From: Styela clava
Lineage: Eukaryota
Assembly: GCF_964204865.1 (NCBI RefSeq)
Contig: NC_135253.1
Location: 15,314,001 to 15,378,000 of the forward strand
Direction: 5' to 3'
Length of the DNA stretch: 64,000 bases
Part shown: piece after piece, positions 1-14,326 of the stretch
Numbering within the stretch: position 1 is the first letter of the stretch
How the letters are laid out: the number at the start of each line of letters is the position of its first letter
Made by a program: the position numbers and the translations under genes
Notes under the pieces: generated by a model
What the model saw: the letters and a program-made list of their open reading frames with translations, nothing else
Databases searched by the model: none
What the model was told of the DNA's origin: nothing

Positions 1-24
1 TTTGATATTCAGTTCGAAATATGA
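1..24 (+). CDS. 3' end of an upstream sulfotransferase paralog (…FDIQFEI*)
   Basis: TTTGATATTCAGTTCGAAATATGA matches the end of SULT-A (7262-7285). The following 3' region (25-570) aligns with 7286-7650. Confidence 0.8.
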   Translation, partial: FDIQFEI

Positions 25-688
25 ATTCCAAGAATTCTTCACTGAGTCCATGTTAGCTAAATGAAGAAGTATAGGGATTCAAATCGAACGTTAAGATTAT
101 GTACGTGCTTTGACTTATACAAATTTACACTTTCCATTTAAAAACAAGACTACAAACTGCTTTTAGGAAGCTAGTTTTTCTGTGTTTTTTTTTGTTCTCT
201 CAAGCTGTTATACCTATCAATAATGATTGCGCGAACATTTCTGTGTGTATCTCCTTGTTCTGTTTTTTTAATTGAGATGTACATATACATCAAGATTACG
301 CAACTAATAGTTAGTCTGTTATATTTGTATAAGCATTTAGAAGACGATTTGATACTTATTACATTTGCCGGTGCAGTTCTGACAAATACAAGACTTTTAT
401 ATGCATTAAAATTTTCATTCACACTCATTTTCATTCACCCTTTTTGTGTACCTACTTTCCACATCTCCACGTTTACTATTTTCGTTCTTGTGAAATTTAT
501 TTTAACTTTGGCTAATAAAGAAATCTTACCAATTTTGATACATGTACTGGGTGTACGTTAAGTCTGGACACATGTTTAGTTTTATGAACTTGGCTTCTGT
601 TTTTTATGTCATAAAGTAATTACATTTTTTGAGTACGATCGATAATTGATTGTAATTGCGAGGAGTACATAAATCCCATGCTCTAGTT

Positions 689-2956
689 CAGGGGTGGCCA
701 ACCAGTCAATTAAAGCAGTCGTCGACGATGTAATCTGTGGCGTTTTATCTGCACTTAAATTACTTCACTCAAATGGTAAACTTCGTGTTTGCCGCCGGAC
801 TTAATTTTCGATACGATTGCGACAGCCGTTGTAGTGCAGGGTTGCCAACTGTTCAGTGATAAAAAAACCTAGAATGTTAACAAAAAATATCTAGAATATT
901 CTAAATTCAAAAAATAATAATCTAAACATACCAAAGTTACATTTTCAAGCATTTTATAAGAATGTAGCGTACCGGCAGTCTATGTGATAATTATCCAAGT
1001 TCAGAATATCTTCCAAACATGATCTGACGCCAAGATTCCTCTCACTATTCACTTCAATTTATATTATTTTATTTATTAATTAACAATCTCAACACAACCA
1101 AATACTCCAAACAAAACGACAAGCATACAATAAAGCGTGCCAGGCAGCACAATGCAAGAAAGCAGAATATACACAATAAAAGCACTTTGAACAGTACTGA
1201 TGATTGCTGATTCCCTGACAACAACCAAAAATACAACGCTAAAATAACTGCAATGGCATTGTACTGAAACAACAATAATATCAGCCTACTGTCTAGCATA
1301 AAAACATCCAACAAACCCCCATCCCGCAGTCACAAAACCACAAACAAACATCCCTGATAACTCACCGGAGACCAGAGGCACTCCCACAGACACCCATGAC
1401 CAGAATCCAACCACACTGTACGGGTACAAACCACATCACACCAAAGCACACCCAAAGAACACAACCGGCAGTGTCACAGCGCCCCCAGTGTCCCCAACAC
1501 CAAAATACCAAATAAGGCAATAATATCACATGACAGCATTTAACAGATAAAACAAGGGTCGTCACAAGAATAAAGAATGGAATCTCGGCCCTCAGTTGTG
1601 CACGAACACCCATATTTATGCCAATCATCACACTCGCATTATCTGTTCTGATTGCTAAAAGATTCTTCAAACTCAATTTATGTGAACCGAGTACATTCTT
1701 TAATAGCTATAACATTGTGTTGAGCACACAAGCTGTAAGTTCCAGATAGGTTGACACAATCTTTTTTTTGGACATGCTGAAATAAACTATTGATATACCT
1801 AGTAATTTATGCACAGTTATATCTGTGGACTCATCTATTAGAATGCTAAATCTGCCATCACCAATATCTCGTCTTAACCAAAGTTACCCCAGCCCACACT
1901 CGCTCATCCTGACGTCAACGAGTTAACCAACTATTTTACAGACTTTATAAACGTTAATACATAAAAACTTGGTGGCTCTAACAATATAGAGACCATATCC
2001 TAGGTCTGTTTTAAAATGCTCACACAGAGTACCGTATTTCTTATGACAGTATGATAAGGGTACATTTCTGCATTTAGTTTGGTGCATTTTCATTTCGAAC
2101 ACTGTTTTGTTTGTAGGGAGATTTATTTTACATAAATCAACTAAATGGCCACGATTCTGTAGTTAGAAATAGCTGAGTGACAACATAAAAATGTGGAAAT
2201 AGACGCTTCCAGCTCTGCTATTTCGAAGTTTTTAAGAGTCATAAATGAATCAAGAGTCCTGGTAATGACGGGACAAGCTTTCAAATGTTTCTGGCTCTTA
2301 GTATGCTGCTTCAAATCTTGATATTTTGCTTTGACTTCACATTTACAGAACTTGCAGAATGCCCTAGATTCATCAGCAGCCATGGGCGCTAACTACTCTT
2401 TCAGCAAGTCATCCTTTAGCCACTATTTTTAAAATTTCTGGCCATATCGTTTGCCACTTCTGCACTTGTTTCTTTAGACATTCTTATAGGATAGAATTAG
2501 TGAACAACAGTCTGACAGTATTTCCTGACTTCAGATTTTACCATAACAACAGCGTTCAATTCACGCTACTTTTAGAGTAATAGCCTAATAATAATTGCCA
2601 ATACAATATTTTGGCGAACCTCCCTTGTTGTTTTGAGCACTATTACCCTAACTTCGATTGGAAAACTTTTTTGTATTTTATATCTACAAATGTTAGGTAC
2701 TGGTGAACTTCACTTCTTTGCCACTAGAGAACAATGCAAAATAACATTTGTAAAAATAATCTAAATATAACAAAATGGATGCTGAAATAATCTAGAAAAT
2801 AATCTAACATCTAAATGGGTATTTCTTACATCTAACATACATAGTATGTTTAATCGAAACATGATGAATTGTAGTTGCAACTTATTTTTTTCTTAAAATA
2901 CCCATGGCGAAAAGAGCCACATGAAACCGGGGCAAGCCGCGGGTTGGCCACCCCTG
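689..2956. mobile_element. hAT-family DNA transposon (composite, carries a nested decayed hAT transposase)
   Basis: TIRs CAGGGGTGGCCAACC / GGTTGGCCACCCCTG; 8-bp TSD CTCTAGTT / CTCCAGTT; second hAT-like end CAGGGTTGCCAAC at ~837. Confidence 0.85.
1560..2481 (-). pseudogene. decayed hAT (ZNF862-like) transposase
   Basis: Zn-finger AFCKFCKCEVKAKYQDLKQHTKSQKH, FSILIDESTDIT (first catalytic D region) and TDNASVMIG motif; interrupted by stops, frameshifts and deletions. Confidence 0.8.
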
Positions 2957-3119
2957 CTCCAGTTCCTTGAATCCACGAATTTTTCAACTATCTATCGTCT
3001 GCTTTATACGATTCATTAGTAGGTTAGTTGCTGCTAGTACTGCAGTGTACTATAACAGTGGAGTTCTTCGAATGTTTTCGCCTTCGTGGGCGATGTCGTT
3101 GGCAAAGCCATAGGATATA

Positions 3120-3450
3120 TTCATGACCGAAACAACAGTAAACAGTTTAACCAAGTCGAGCTAAAGTATGAACTCGGTTACGGAAGTCGTTAGTTGGTAT
3201 CAAATTTGTGTTTTAGTCGATGAAGATATTCATATTCTCTGCTATATTTTCAACTTAGCGGTGCAATATTGGGGTCTCACGGGCGATCGTAGGTATACTT
3301 TGGCAAGCTCTGTGACGTCCGAATATTGTGTAGTCGATCACGTCAACATTCATAAGTTAGTAAAAATTTGGCATCCCACCACAACCACACGATGTCACGA
3401 CGTTAAACGTCATCCGTACATTTCCATATACCGGCACGTATCGAACAGAT
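3120..3450 (+). pseudogene. possible highly decayed Ac/ZBED-like hAT transposase fragment
   Basis: HILCYIFNLAVQ resembles the CxxH-region consensus HIRCxAHILNLAVQ; DVTT..N resembles DVxTRWNS. The match is weak. Confidence 0.3.
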
Positions 3451-3611
3451 TTCAAGTCAATCATAAGGTATTGCACCACTATGGCGCGCTCGACCGTATT
3501 GACCACGTCATTTATACAAACGATAAAATTTCGTCGACGCAGCCTTTATTAATAGCACCTCAATTTTGTCTACACATATCAATTGGTCAATTTAATGAAA
3601 AAAGTTTGCAA

Positions 3612-3865
3612 TATTACTGCAATCTCCCTATAATATAAATTGGAATTCACATATAAATCCAAGAGACAAACTAGTGTAACGGACCTATTACAGTAATTAA
3701 TGTAATATCCCTATAATAAAAATAGAATTTCACAACGATATATGAGAGACAAACTAATGTAATAACTAGTTTATTACATTAATTACTGTAATCTTCCTGT
3801 AATATAAATAGCAATTCACACCGAAATAGGAGGGATAAAATAGTTTAACGGACCTATTACAGGCA
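3612..3865. repeat. degenerate minisatellite, 3 x ~85 bp
   Basis: AATCTCCCTATAATATAAATTGGAATTCAC-like unit recurs at ~3621, ~3704 and ~3790. Confidence 0.7.
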
Positions 3866-5202
3866 AATCCGTAAACTCAGGATACCTAGAGTGAATATTG
3901 CCGGAATGTAATTTGCAACACTATCATACACCAAGTAAAAATAGCAGTAGGCAGTTTTGAAAATTACTATACACAACAAATAAATTTGCAATTTTTTTTT
4001 ACCAAAACTCAGTGCGTCATTGTTGCATCATTATCTCAATTTTTGAAAGACAAAAGTCACATAGTTCCGAAAGGACATTTATAACGAATCTTAATCGAAA
4101 GATGTTCATTTAATATAAGTCACGAGTGACTTATGGAACTCAACATCGAACAACCTTACTTTGTAATACTCAAATAAGCGTTGTTCTCTAACAGTGAAAC
4201 TATTCAATACACACAGGAATGTGGCATTGCATGCCGTGTGTTGGTAGGCAAAGGGGAGGTTAGTCTAGCTCAGTCAAGATAAAGGTATTTTAGACTGTTC
4301 AGAAATAGCAGACCTACTGTTTAGCAAGAGAAACATGAGTAGGCAACCATGCATCATTTCGGCTCTAAACATTATCGAATTTGTTTCAACAAAAGACATT
4401 TCTTTCTAGTTACAAATCTCGTATATATATATTCATATTCGCAAATAGCCAAACAAGTTATTTATAAAGTCACATAATACTACATGGACTCAATTAACTC
4501 TATTTCCATTCAACACACTTGAGTCAAAGTGATTTTATTGAAAAAACTCAAATTTTGACCCGTCAATTAGTTACAAATATAAGGACAATTCCCTCTATCT
4601 GAAGCTTTTAGAGCTAAGTACACTCAGGCGTCGTTTAACTCGGTTCAGTGATTTTAAGCATTAAACATTAAGCTGTCTTCAGTACAGTACATACAATATC
4701 GCGTTAGGTATGACAGGAAGTATCGCCTTCGGACCTTTTAGTATTCCGAACTGGACGTTTGGCTGTGTTAAATGTTTTAGTTGAAATAACTTGAGGCCCG
4801 CAACATGACAAACCGTATCTCGTTGGCAATTGTCAATTGATACAATTTCACATATATAGCGGTTTTGCTTGCTTCCCAGAATTACTTGCTCATAGTCAAA
4901 ACTCGACAGTGAAACAGAATGGTCGCAAAATTATTGCTAGAGATAGGTTATAGGTGTTAAAAAGTTGGACATGGTTGTGCCAGGATTAATAATGGCACCA
5001 ACTGCCTGTTTATTAAGCCTTTTGCATAGCCGTATTTTATCAGTACATTACAGGATGTAACGTAAACTATTTTCAAACTGAGTCTCTTCGCGCCCAAGGC
5101 CAAATCTTTTTTATATCAGGTTGAATAATCTATTTGAAGCATGAACTAATTCTTTTCAGGTAACATCGAATTATCTACTGTAACTCAATATTTAGAAGCA
5201 AA

Positions 5203-7285
5203 ATGATGTTAGAGTTAGCAGTTTCCGCGACCGCATCGGCCTTGTTCGCTGTCATTGCCTACTTCAAATTGAAATCAATGAGAAAAGTTGACAAATTGAA
5301 ATTGCGTAAGTATAACGGCTGTGGTCCCGAGTTTATCAATTGTTCTAGGGTTACTGTTAAAATTATTTTCACGCTGTGTTTTCAGAATTGCAAATTTTAT
5401 TTTATTTCATGTTATAGAATTTATTATATCTCAATCGAATTATAACTATCGAAGGTATAGGAACATTCATACGGCGGTTTACTTTGCATGAGTATGATTT
5501 TAATACGATGAGCTAAGGTTTCAATATCTGGCGTCGACAGCCCTTGTCGTAATATTTTTTTATTTTTCTCTTTTAAGTACTTGCGATACTGGGAAAGTTG
5601 AAAATTCTACAAATGCTTCGTCTAACGGGACTAGATGTGCGGATGAGGCCAAAATTAACTGAAGTCACAGCTTCGAATGGATTCAAACTTCTTCTGCCTC
5701 CAATGTTAACTGTTACAGTTGAGGAAGTTTTAAAATTCAAAGTGAGAGAAGACGATGTATACGTTCTTACATACCCCAAGGCAGGTGAGAAAATATGGCG
5801 GCAAGTAGACTTTTAACCTCAGTTCGAAATTGAAAAATCCGAGAAACAATATTTATTATAAAATAATATAAAATTCATTGTATCCTTATTGTAATGTCAG
5901 GGACAACTTGGATGCAAGAGATAGCATGGCTGTTATGCAACAACGGAAATATCGATGAAGCAAAGAAACAGTCAGTCGCAATAAGAAGCCCGATGCTTGA
6001 AGCAGTAGATTTTACTATTAGCAATGGAATTCAGTCTCTAGAAACATGGCCGGAAAATAAGCAAAGGTATTCAATTATTTATGAAGCAGGAAGCAGTTTC
6101 CCCCTTTGAAACACACGCGGAAGTCTTCAGAATGATTTACAGCATTTTTCAAATTCTTTTGAATCAAAGTTTGTGAACATCGAATTGCCTTTCCCGAGTG
6201 TTCATTAGTTAGCACTTGTTTTGTTTAGCTTATGTTCATTTTTGCTCATAGGGAGAATTTCATGAGATCTATTCTAAAACATCAATATTGTTACATATTT
6301 TGCGCAAAAACCAAAGGTGGGTCAGAATTACGCTTCGCTAACGTTGCAATAATGAATGACTAAAGAGAAACGGCACAGGCAACAAAAGTAAAACTCTAAG
6401 TTGTGGATAATAGCCAGAAACAATTATTTCGTAAATCACAATCATACCAACACAAGCTTCAACATATAATCAGAAATTCACATTTAACGTTTCTATTCAT
6501 TAAAAAAAACGCATTTTTCATAGAGTGATAAAGACTCATTTTCCGTACGAACTGTTACCAGAAGACATCAAAAACGGGAAGAAATGCAAAATTATTTACG
6601 TAGCAAGAAATCCAAAGGATTTATGCGTTTCGTACTATCATTTCCATCGTATGATTACAGGAATGCCTGACCCTGGAACATGGGAAGAATTTCTTGCAAA
6701 ATTCTGTTCTGACAAACTAGGTTACGGAAGTTATTTTGACCACACTTTACAGTTTTGGGAGGTTGGTAATGGATAAATTATCATCTTTTAATTAAAATAC
6801 ATTTACCTTCTTGTATTTTATCTTGTGTATCTAGTGAAAACGAAATGTCTTGGCAATAATGGCAGCAACAGATGCGTATGTATTTTAATAATATAAGTAG
6901 TGCAATTGATCAGAATGTTATTTCATACTTTTAGAAATATCTAGACGACAAGCAACGTATATACTTCGTTACGTACGAAGACTTGAAAAAAGATCTTCGA
7001 AAGGAAGTTGAATCAATAGCGAAGTTTCTCGAAAAAAAGTTGTCGGATAAACAGATGGACGCCATTTCGGAACATTGTACGTTTGGCAGCATGAGCAAAA
7101 ATAAGAGCACTAACATGTCTGCTTCTGCAAAATATGGCATGGATCTGACAAAATCCAAATTTATGAGAAAAGGAGAAGTAGGCGACTGGAAAAACCATTT
7201 CACAATAAATCAAAGCTCAGCTTTCGATGTGATGTATCAAGACAAGATTAAAGGAACGGGATTAGATATTCAGTTCGAAATATGA
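5203..7285 (+). CDS. SULT-A: cytosolic-family sulfotransferase with N-terminal hydrophobic anchor, 354 aa; exons 5203-5305, 5578-5784, 5901-6066, 6524-6761, 6935-7285
   Basis: GT-AG introns keep frame (1065 nt). PSB loop TYPKAGTTW, catalytic His in IKTH, 3'-PB RNPKDLCVSYYHF and RKGEVGDWKNHFT are all present. Confidence 0.93.
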
Positions 7286-7950
7286 GCTCTAAGGATTCTT
7301 TATTAAGTTCATGTTGGCTAAGTGATTCAAATCCTCAGTTATCATTATGTACGCGCTTTGACTTATACAAATTTATACTTCCCATTTTTCCTGCACATTT
7401 TAGACAATGCAATTATTAATTAATGTGTTATATTTGTGTAGAAATTTAGAAGACAATTCAATACATACTTTTATATACCTAAAATTCCATCTCCCATTTT
7501 AATTCGCACTTTTTTATAGCTACTTTCTACATCCTCCCGTTTATTATTTTCGTGCTTGTGAAATTTATTGTTTGAAATTTATTTTAACTTTGGCTAATAA
7601 AGAAATCTTACAAATTGTGATACATGTACAGGGTGTACTTAAAGTCCATACACAGGAAATAATTCGATATTTTCAGTATGTAATTAAAACTAATGTTGCT
7701 CTCAAATGAAATTGGATGCATTGTACACTTGCTAAACCAATGATAAACCAACTGGTGAGTAGCTACCCTATACGCTGTATAATAATTAATTTTATTTATA
7801 CCAACAGTTAAAACAGTAGATTTTTGTGGATGATATGAGCTCTTGCGTCGAGTTTTTGACAATGCGTTGTATATTCCAATAGTCTGTCTCTAGTTTGTGA
7901 ACAAGAAGCGTTTAAAATCGATCGTTAAAATTTTTCAGAATTGTAATCTA

Positions 7951-10105
7951 ATGTTTGCGAATTTTGGGAACAGCAGCGGCTTTTGCTTCCATAGTTTACT
8001 ACAAGGTGAAGTCAATGAGACTCGTTGATAGATTACAACTCATTAGGAATCACAATATATTTCTATACTTATTGAATTAGATGTCATCTCCTAGTAATTA
8101 ATATTCAGCATGGCTGAATAATGTTTTATTATGAAGCGCGATATCGAATAACCATGCCGCTGACGTAAAAAGCTCGGATCAACAACATCAATTATAAAAT
8201 GTTCTTACAAACAAGTTTAGTTTTATGAAACTTGGCTTCTATTTTGAAGTCATAAATTAATTACACTTTTCAAGTACGGTCGATAATTGATTCCAATTGC
8301 CAGGATTCTCCTAAGTACACTACATTCCACTACAAATATTACTTATTAAAATACCTTCGACGTATTTCTGGTAATTTTCATGATTTTAGTTATGACGATG
8401 ACGAAGATGTCAAGTTTTACGAATACTACAGATGGCCGGACTGGATAACAGGATAAGCTTAATTTCAAAATTTTGCTGTTTCCGATGTATGCTGCTGCTG
8501 TTATGAAGTTTAGAAGTCGACGAGGACGATGTTTTCATCGTAACATACCGGAAAGGAAGTAGTGATTATATGATGAGTTTTGATGACATAATTGTCGCAA
8601 ATTACATTGAGTCATGTGTTAAGTGGGGAAAGTGTTTGAAAATTTTCACCCAATGGCATTTATTATTTGACATGAACTGTACAGTTTGTGTATTTCGGCT
8701 TTGCAAGTCCGTTTTCTCTGCAACTCATGAATCAACTGTCTTGAAATTTGCAGTGCTTGAAGATGGATACACCGCTAGATGGCTATTTTTTTTTAAATTT
8801 TTTTTCATCGTACCGGGCTCGATAATTCACCAGCATACTTTGCTATTACTACGAATATTGCACCATCGTCCTACCGATGGTGGTCCAGTTCCTACCGGTT
8901 ACTATATATGTGAATTTCCATCTTAATGGAACTTGATGATCAATGTTGATTTGAATGTTTTGAAAGCTCAAATCATAGATTACAGTGTTTATATACTGCA
9001 TAGGCTACCAGTAGCCTACCGTGTCCAATTATTGGCATTTCATGTCTCTCTTTTAACAAATTCAACGATCTATAAATATATATAGTTGATTCAAAACTGG
9101 TTTAGTGTAAGGCTTGTGACATTGTTTGGTGGAAGGTTTTACCTCAACTGAAGTCCGTTAAAGAGGAAGTATACCGCCATTCAAGGAGCATAGAGTTATG
9201 TAAGTGAAACAACTCGTAAAGATGCTTTAAATTGACTTGAAACGTTTTTCAACTCCAATCTCTTCCTTTCTTTAAAGGGTTCAACAAATATTTGTTTTTA
9301 CTTTTGGTATTGTTATAACAAAATTTGTTTACCGAGTAGTGAAGACTCATTTACCGTATGAACTTTTGCCTGAAGATATCAAAAATGCAAAATATCATAT
9401 GCAGCAAAAAAACCTGAAGATTTATGCGTTTCCTACTAGCATTTTCATTGAAGGTTTACAGATATGCCCGACCCCGGAAAATGGGAAAAACATTTAACCA
9501 ATTTTTGCTCTGGAAATTTATCCTTCGGTCGTTGTTTTGAGCACACTTTAAAGTTTTGGGAGGTTGGTTCAAAATTATTTTTGAATATGTTTTGAAAAGT
9601 TTAATATTTTCTAGCTTAAACAGCAGTATATATATATAAAGGCTTTTAATCGATTTCCGCATGTTTTTGAAAATAAATAAATATCAGAAAACACGAGATG
9701 TCAAGATAATGATTGGGACTTTGGACTTAAATAATGGATTCATAATAACGCTGTATTTTAACAGAAACATCAAGATAGCAAGAAACAAATATTTTTTGTC
9801 ACGTACGACGATTCAAAAAAAAAATGTGCGAAAAGAATTCGAATCGATATTAAAATTTATTGACATAGAATTGTCGGATCAACAGACAGAATTAATTTCA
9901 GAAAAAAGACCTTACTTTTGGCAACATGAGAATAACAAAACTACAGTGTCTAATTCAGCAAAATTTGGCATGGATCTTGATAATATTATGAGAAACGGAG
10001 GAGTAGGTAACTGGAAAAACCATTTCACAATAAATTATAACTCATTTTTCAATTTGATGTATCAAGAAAGAATTAAAGGGACGGGTTGAATATTCTGTTA
10101 GAAAT
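7951..10105 (+). pseudogene. SULT-B pseudogene
   Basis: Remnants of exon 1 (~7951-8042, YYKVKSMRLVDRLQL), exon 2 (~8390-8557, EDDVFIVT), exon 4 (~9336-9563) and exon 5 (~9764-10105, RNGGVGNWKNHFT) carry frameshifts. Exon 3 was not found. Confidence 0.85.
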
Positions 10106-10938
10106 TCAATATTTGGTTATGATATATGATAAATTCATACAAATCAGCATATATATATTTCATATATATATGCGAATATCTGTTTCATTACATATCTATT
10201 GACAAATGTGGTATAAGTAAATTTTAAATTGTATGAGTACGGAACCAAACTTTTAGCGCCAAATGCCTAAATTACCATATTTTCATATAAATTGAAAATT
10301 TTTTAGTTTGTTTTTCGCTTCTGCTCAACTTTTTGTAGTTGCTTTTCATATTTGGTAACATTTGTGTATAACAATCTTGATTTCAAACGATAATTATATA
10401 TGTTGTTTTAAGTAAGAACCAAAGTCCGAACATGTGATCTTGCCAAGTTGCTGTAGGCCTATTATGTTGATTATTTAACTAAAATGCCACAATCCGTATA
10501 TACAGGTACTAGTTATACATTAACTTGTACTGTAACTGTCCTGACTAAGCTGAAGCAGTTTATACTGATTGCGGTTGCGCCATACTATGTTAAGTTTCTT
10601 GTATCATAGACCTATGTAGCTTCTGGTTTAGACCAGGTAGAAGTTAGTCCATAAGTATCCTTATATACATACACATTATATGAGCTGTAGAATTATATCC
10701 GTTGTAGAGGCATCCGCTGTGTCAGTCCAAAGATCTTATATCTTATTCACACAAGCAGATTAGGTAAACAAGCGAACAATATTTGGAAACACTTGCCAAT
10801 CCCTTCAATATGTTACTGAATATTTACGTTACATATTTTGTTCTTTACGTGGTCAAATGAAGTTGAAACGTTTGATATATTATTGCTTCACAGATATCGA
10901 TACCAGGTTCATTATTTTGGATTATATTTCGCTCCAGC

Positions 10939-13900
10939 ATGATGATATTTGCAATCTCGGGAACTGCAGTGTCTTTATTTGCTTTCATTGTATACTATAA
11001 GGCGAAGTCAATGAGGCTCGTCGACAGAATGCAACTATGTAAGAATCACAAAATATTTCGCACGTGTCAATCACCAATTACGGTGAATATTTTATGGTCT
11101 CTCTGTTCTTGTCTATATATATATATATATACATATATATAGATGTTGAAATCAATAGACCATGCTTCGTGGCCATACCATACATGCATACAAGTTAGGG
11201 TTCGGGGTGCGAATATTTGTATTTGTTTACTTTTCACATTGCGTAATATTAACACCCAGCACCAACATACAATAAACCAGAAACTGAAAATTCGATCATG
11301 TTGACTATCGCACCCTTAATCGTTGTCTACAAAGAACATTTGTACGCAAAAATGTATTCGTGCCACCAAGCATTTCACCCATAAAGTTTTTCAATCATAA
11401 TTATTTGTGCCCACAAAATTGTACTCCGAAACATTGCCTACAAAACCTTTCGGTAGAACTGTACCTGTACGTAAAGGAGAAAGTACTAGGAGTTGATGGT
11501 TCAAACATAAATTGGAACAAGTGTTTCCTGATGTAAATAATCTTGTTAAATGGGAAAAAGTTATTGGTGAAATTGTGCAAACATGCATCGCCGACGACGA
11601 TTGTACATTTCACCGAATTCCGGGCGGTATAATTGGAATGCCTGGAATCCAGGCAAAACTATATATATACCGAGTTGATCAATTACAGTAATTCAGTTCA
11701 ATTACAAATATAATTACTCCCTTAAATATTTCAATTACATTACAATTACTCCGTGCAAAAAAATAAAATTACATTTACGATTACAACAGAGCAATGCTCA
11801 AATATATGGACACGTTTCACAGAGCGAAGCAGTCTTTACCCTTGACGCTACCACTACCCTCAAAAAAATTCCGAGTTTCGCGTAGCAAGAATTTACAGAA
11901 TCAAACCAGACAGCCAGTGTTTCCATATGGATTTAGCCTATTTTATCACAGCTATTTCTAGCCTAATTTTTGATTACTACTATTTATTGAACTACAACTC
12001 CTAAGAAGACTATATGATGATTCACTTATTTGATTCAAACTTAAATTTCCGAAACACAACTAAAAACTGAAGAATAGCATTCGAAATCGCAAAATGAGAT
12101 ATTATTACAACCACGTCTGAAAATCTGCCTGAGTGTCTTAACGGATGCGAAAAGGCATATTGTTATATCACTTTTTCGCATCTTGCTGATTGGCTAATGT
12201 TAAAAAATAAAAAAGGAAGGCGATTCTCGGAAAACGCCCCTTGGAAAAAGTTTCGCCTTTTTTCGTGTTATTGCGGGCCAGATGAAAGAACGCCGTAGTT
12301 TGGTGACCCCTGGTGTAATTGAATGTGTGATTGAGCCAACATTTTAGCAAATTACAATTACATTTACAATTACACAGAATGAAAATGCCTCAATTGCATT
12401 ACAATTACATGAAAAACTGTAATTAATTACAATTACAAATAACAATTGATCCAACTCTCATATCAACCTGGCGAAAATTTGTCGAACAGCGTTTAATTTT
12501 ACTCAACAGAAAAGTTTTTGAACTAGAATTTTCATTAAAAACAAAACGTATGTACAGACGGCATTTGTGGAAATTTTTCGTTTTTGTTTTCAGTACTGAT
12601 GATACTAACAAAATTGAACGTGATGAAAATACTTCAAATAACCGGACTGGATCAGAAGATGAGACCTGGATTAACTCATTTCACTGCTTCGAATGGTTTT
12701 AAAATTATGCTGACTCCAATTTTCGCTTCTGTTGTTAATGAAGTTTTGAAGTTCAAGGTTAGGGAAGACGATGTTTTCATCGTAACTTACCCCAAAGCAG
12801 GTAGGATTTATAACATGCCGGTAATTGTGTCGAAACGAATGTGACATGTGTTTAGAAATGTAAAAATTAAAGACCGCTAATATATCCTAGTATTTTTGTG
12901 TGTTTAAGGAACAACTTGGATGCAGGAGATAACATGGCTGATATGCAATGACGGAAACATAGATGGAGCAAAGAAAGAGTTAATTACAGTGAGGAGCCCG
13001 TTTCTGGAGACAGTGGACATTTCCATAAGCAAAGGGATTCAGTTTCTAGAAACTTGGCCCCAAAATAAGCAAAGGTTTGTAAGAATTCTATCTCAAAATG
13101 GAATGTTATTGTCGTCAAAGATCAAAATTATTCTTTACATTTGAATATTGTACCTGAACAAATGTAACCACGCGGTGCAACACTAAAATGAATATTTTCG
13201 TTTCCCATACCCGTGGGCATCGTAGGGTCTTATATGTGCAATATTTACCTCCTTAGATCCATGAGTCAGAATACAAGTAAAAAATTGTCGTGCCGAAAAA
13301 ATTGGACTCTTATCTTTGTTAGAAATTATACACCTTTCACAATCCTATTTACTCTTGTTTGGGTTGATGCTTTCGTTTTATTTACAGAGTAATAAAAACT
13401 CATCTGCCATACGAAATTTTACCAGCAGAAATCAGAAACGGTAAAAAATGCAAAATAATATATGTAGCAAGGAATCCCAAGGACTTATGTGTTTCTTATT
13501 TTCATTTTCATCGCATGATTCCGGGATTACCAAACCCAGAAACTTGGAGAGAATTTTTGTCGAAGTTTTGTTCTGATAATGTAGTGGGCGGAAGTTGGTT
13601 TGATCACACTCTGAAGTTTTGGGAGGTTGGTCTAAAATAAATTATTTATAATTTCAGTTTTTTGAAAAGTAGTCGGTAATTGCACTAGTTTTGTTATGAC
13701 GTCCGGTAATTGATGAGTTTGTATCAAAAAACATGTAGCTATTTCGAGGAAACTGGCTGCAATGAAATAACGAGATTTTCAAAAAATAAATTTGGAATGC
13801 TAGAGTGTACATTCGTGTCAAACTGATCCGAAATTGTATTGTATGTATTTTATCAGAAATATCAAGACGACAAGCAGAGAATATACTTTGTAAAGTATGA

Positions 13901-14207
13901 AGATTTGAAGAAAGATCTTCGAAAAGAAGTTGAATCTATATCAAAATTTCTTGGAAAAGAATTGTCTGGTGAACAGATGGACGCTATTTCAAAACACTGT
14001 ACGTTTGGAAGCATGAGAAAAAATAAAAAGACTAATATGTCCTCTTTAGCAAAGTATGGAATGGACGTGGCCAAATCAAAATTTATGAGAAAAGGAGAAG
14101 TAGGCGACTGGAAAAATTACTTTACTATAAATCAAAGCTCAGCTTTCGATATGATGTATCAAGAAAAAGTTGAAGGGTCGGGTTTGGATATTACCTTTGA
14201 AATGTAG
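10939..14207 (+). CDS. SULT-C: sulfotransferase with N-terminal anchor, 353 aa; exons 10939-11038, 12594-12800, 12909-13074, 13388-13625, 13857-14207
   Basis: Exon sizes 100/207/166/238/351 with GT-AG introns and an open frame; all PAPS-binding motifs and the catalytic His are present. Confidence 0.93.
11671..12459. mobile_element. non-autonomous hAT-like element with AATTAC subterminal repeats in SULT-C intron 1
   Basis: Ends GAGTTGATCAATT … AATTGATCCAACTC; clustered CAATTACA repeats at both ends. Confidence 0.65.
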
Positions 14208-14326
14208 TTTTGTTTAGTCGTTGCCAACAAATTATTTCATTAACCATATAAGACATTTATAAATCGATATGCAAAAAATTATCAAAATACAGTGTTTTAT
14301 ATATAGTGAAATGTCACATAAGAAGT

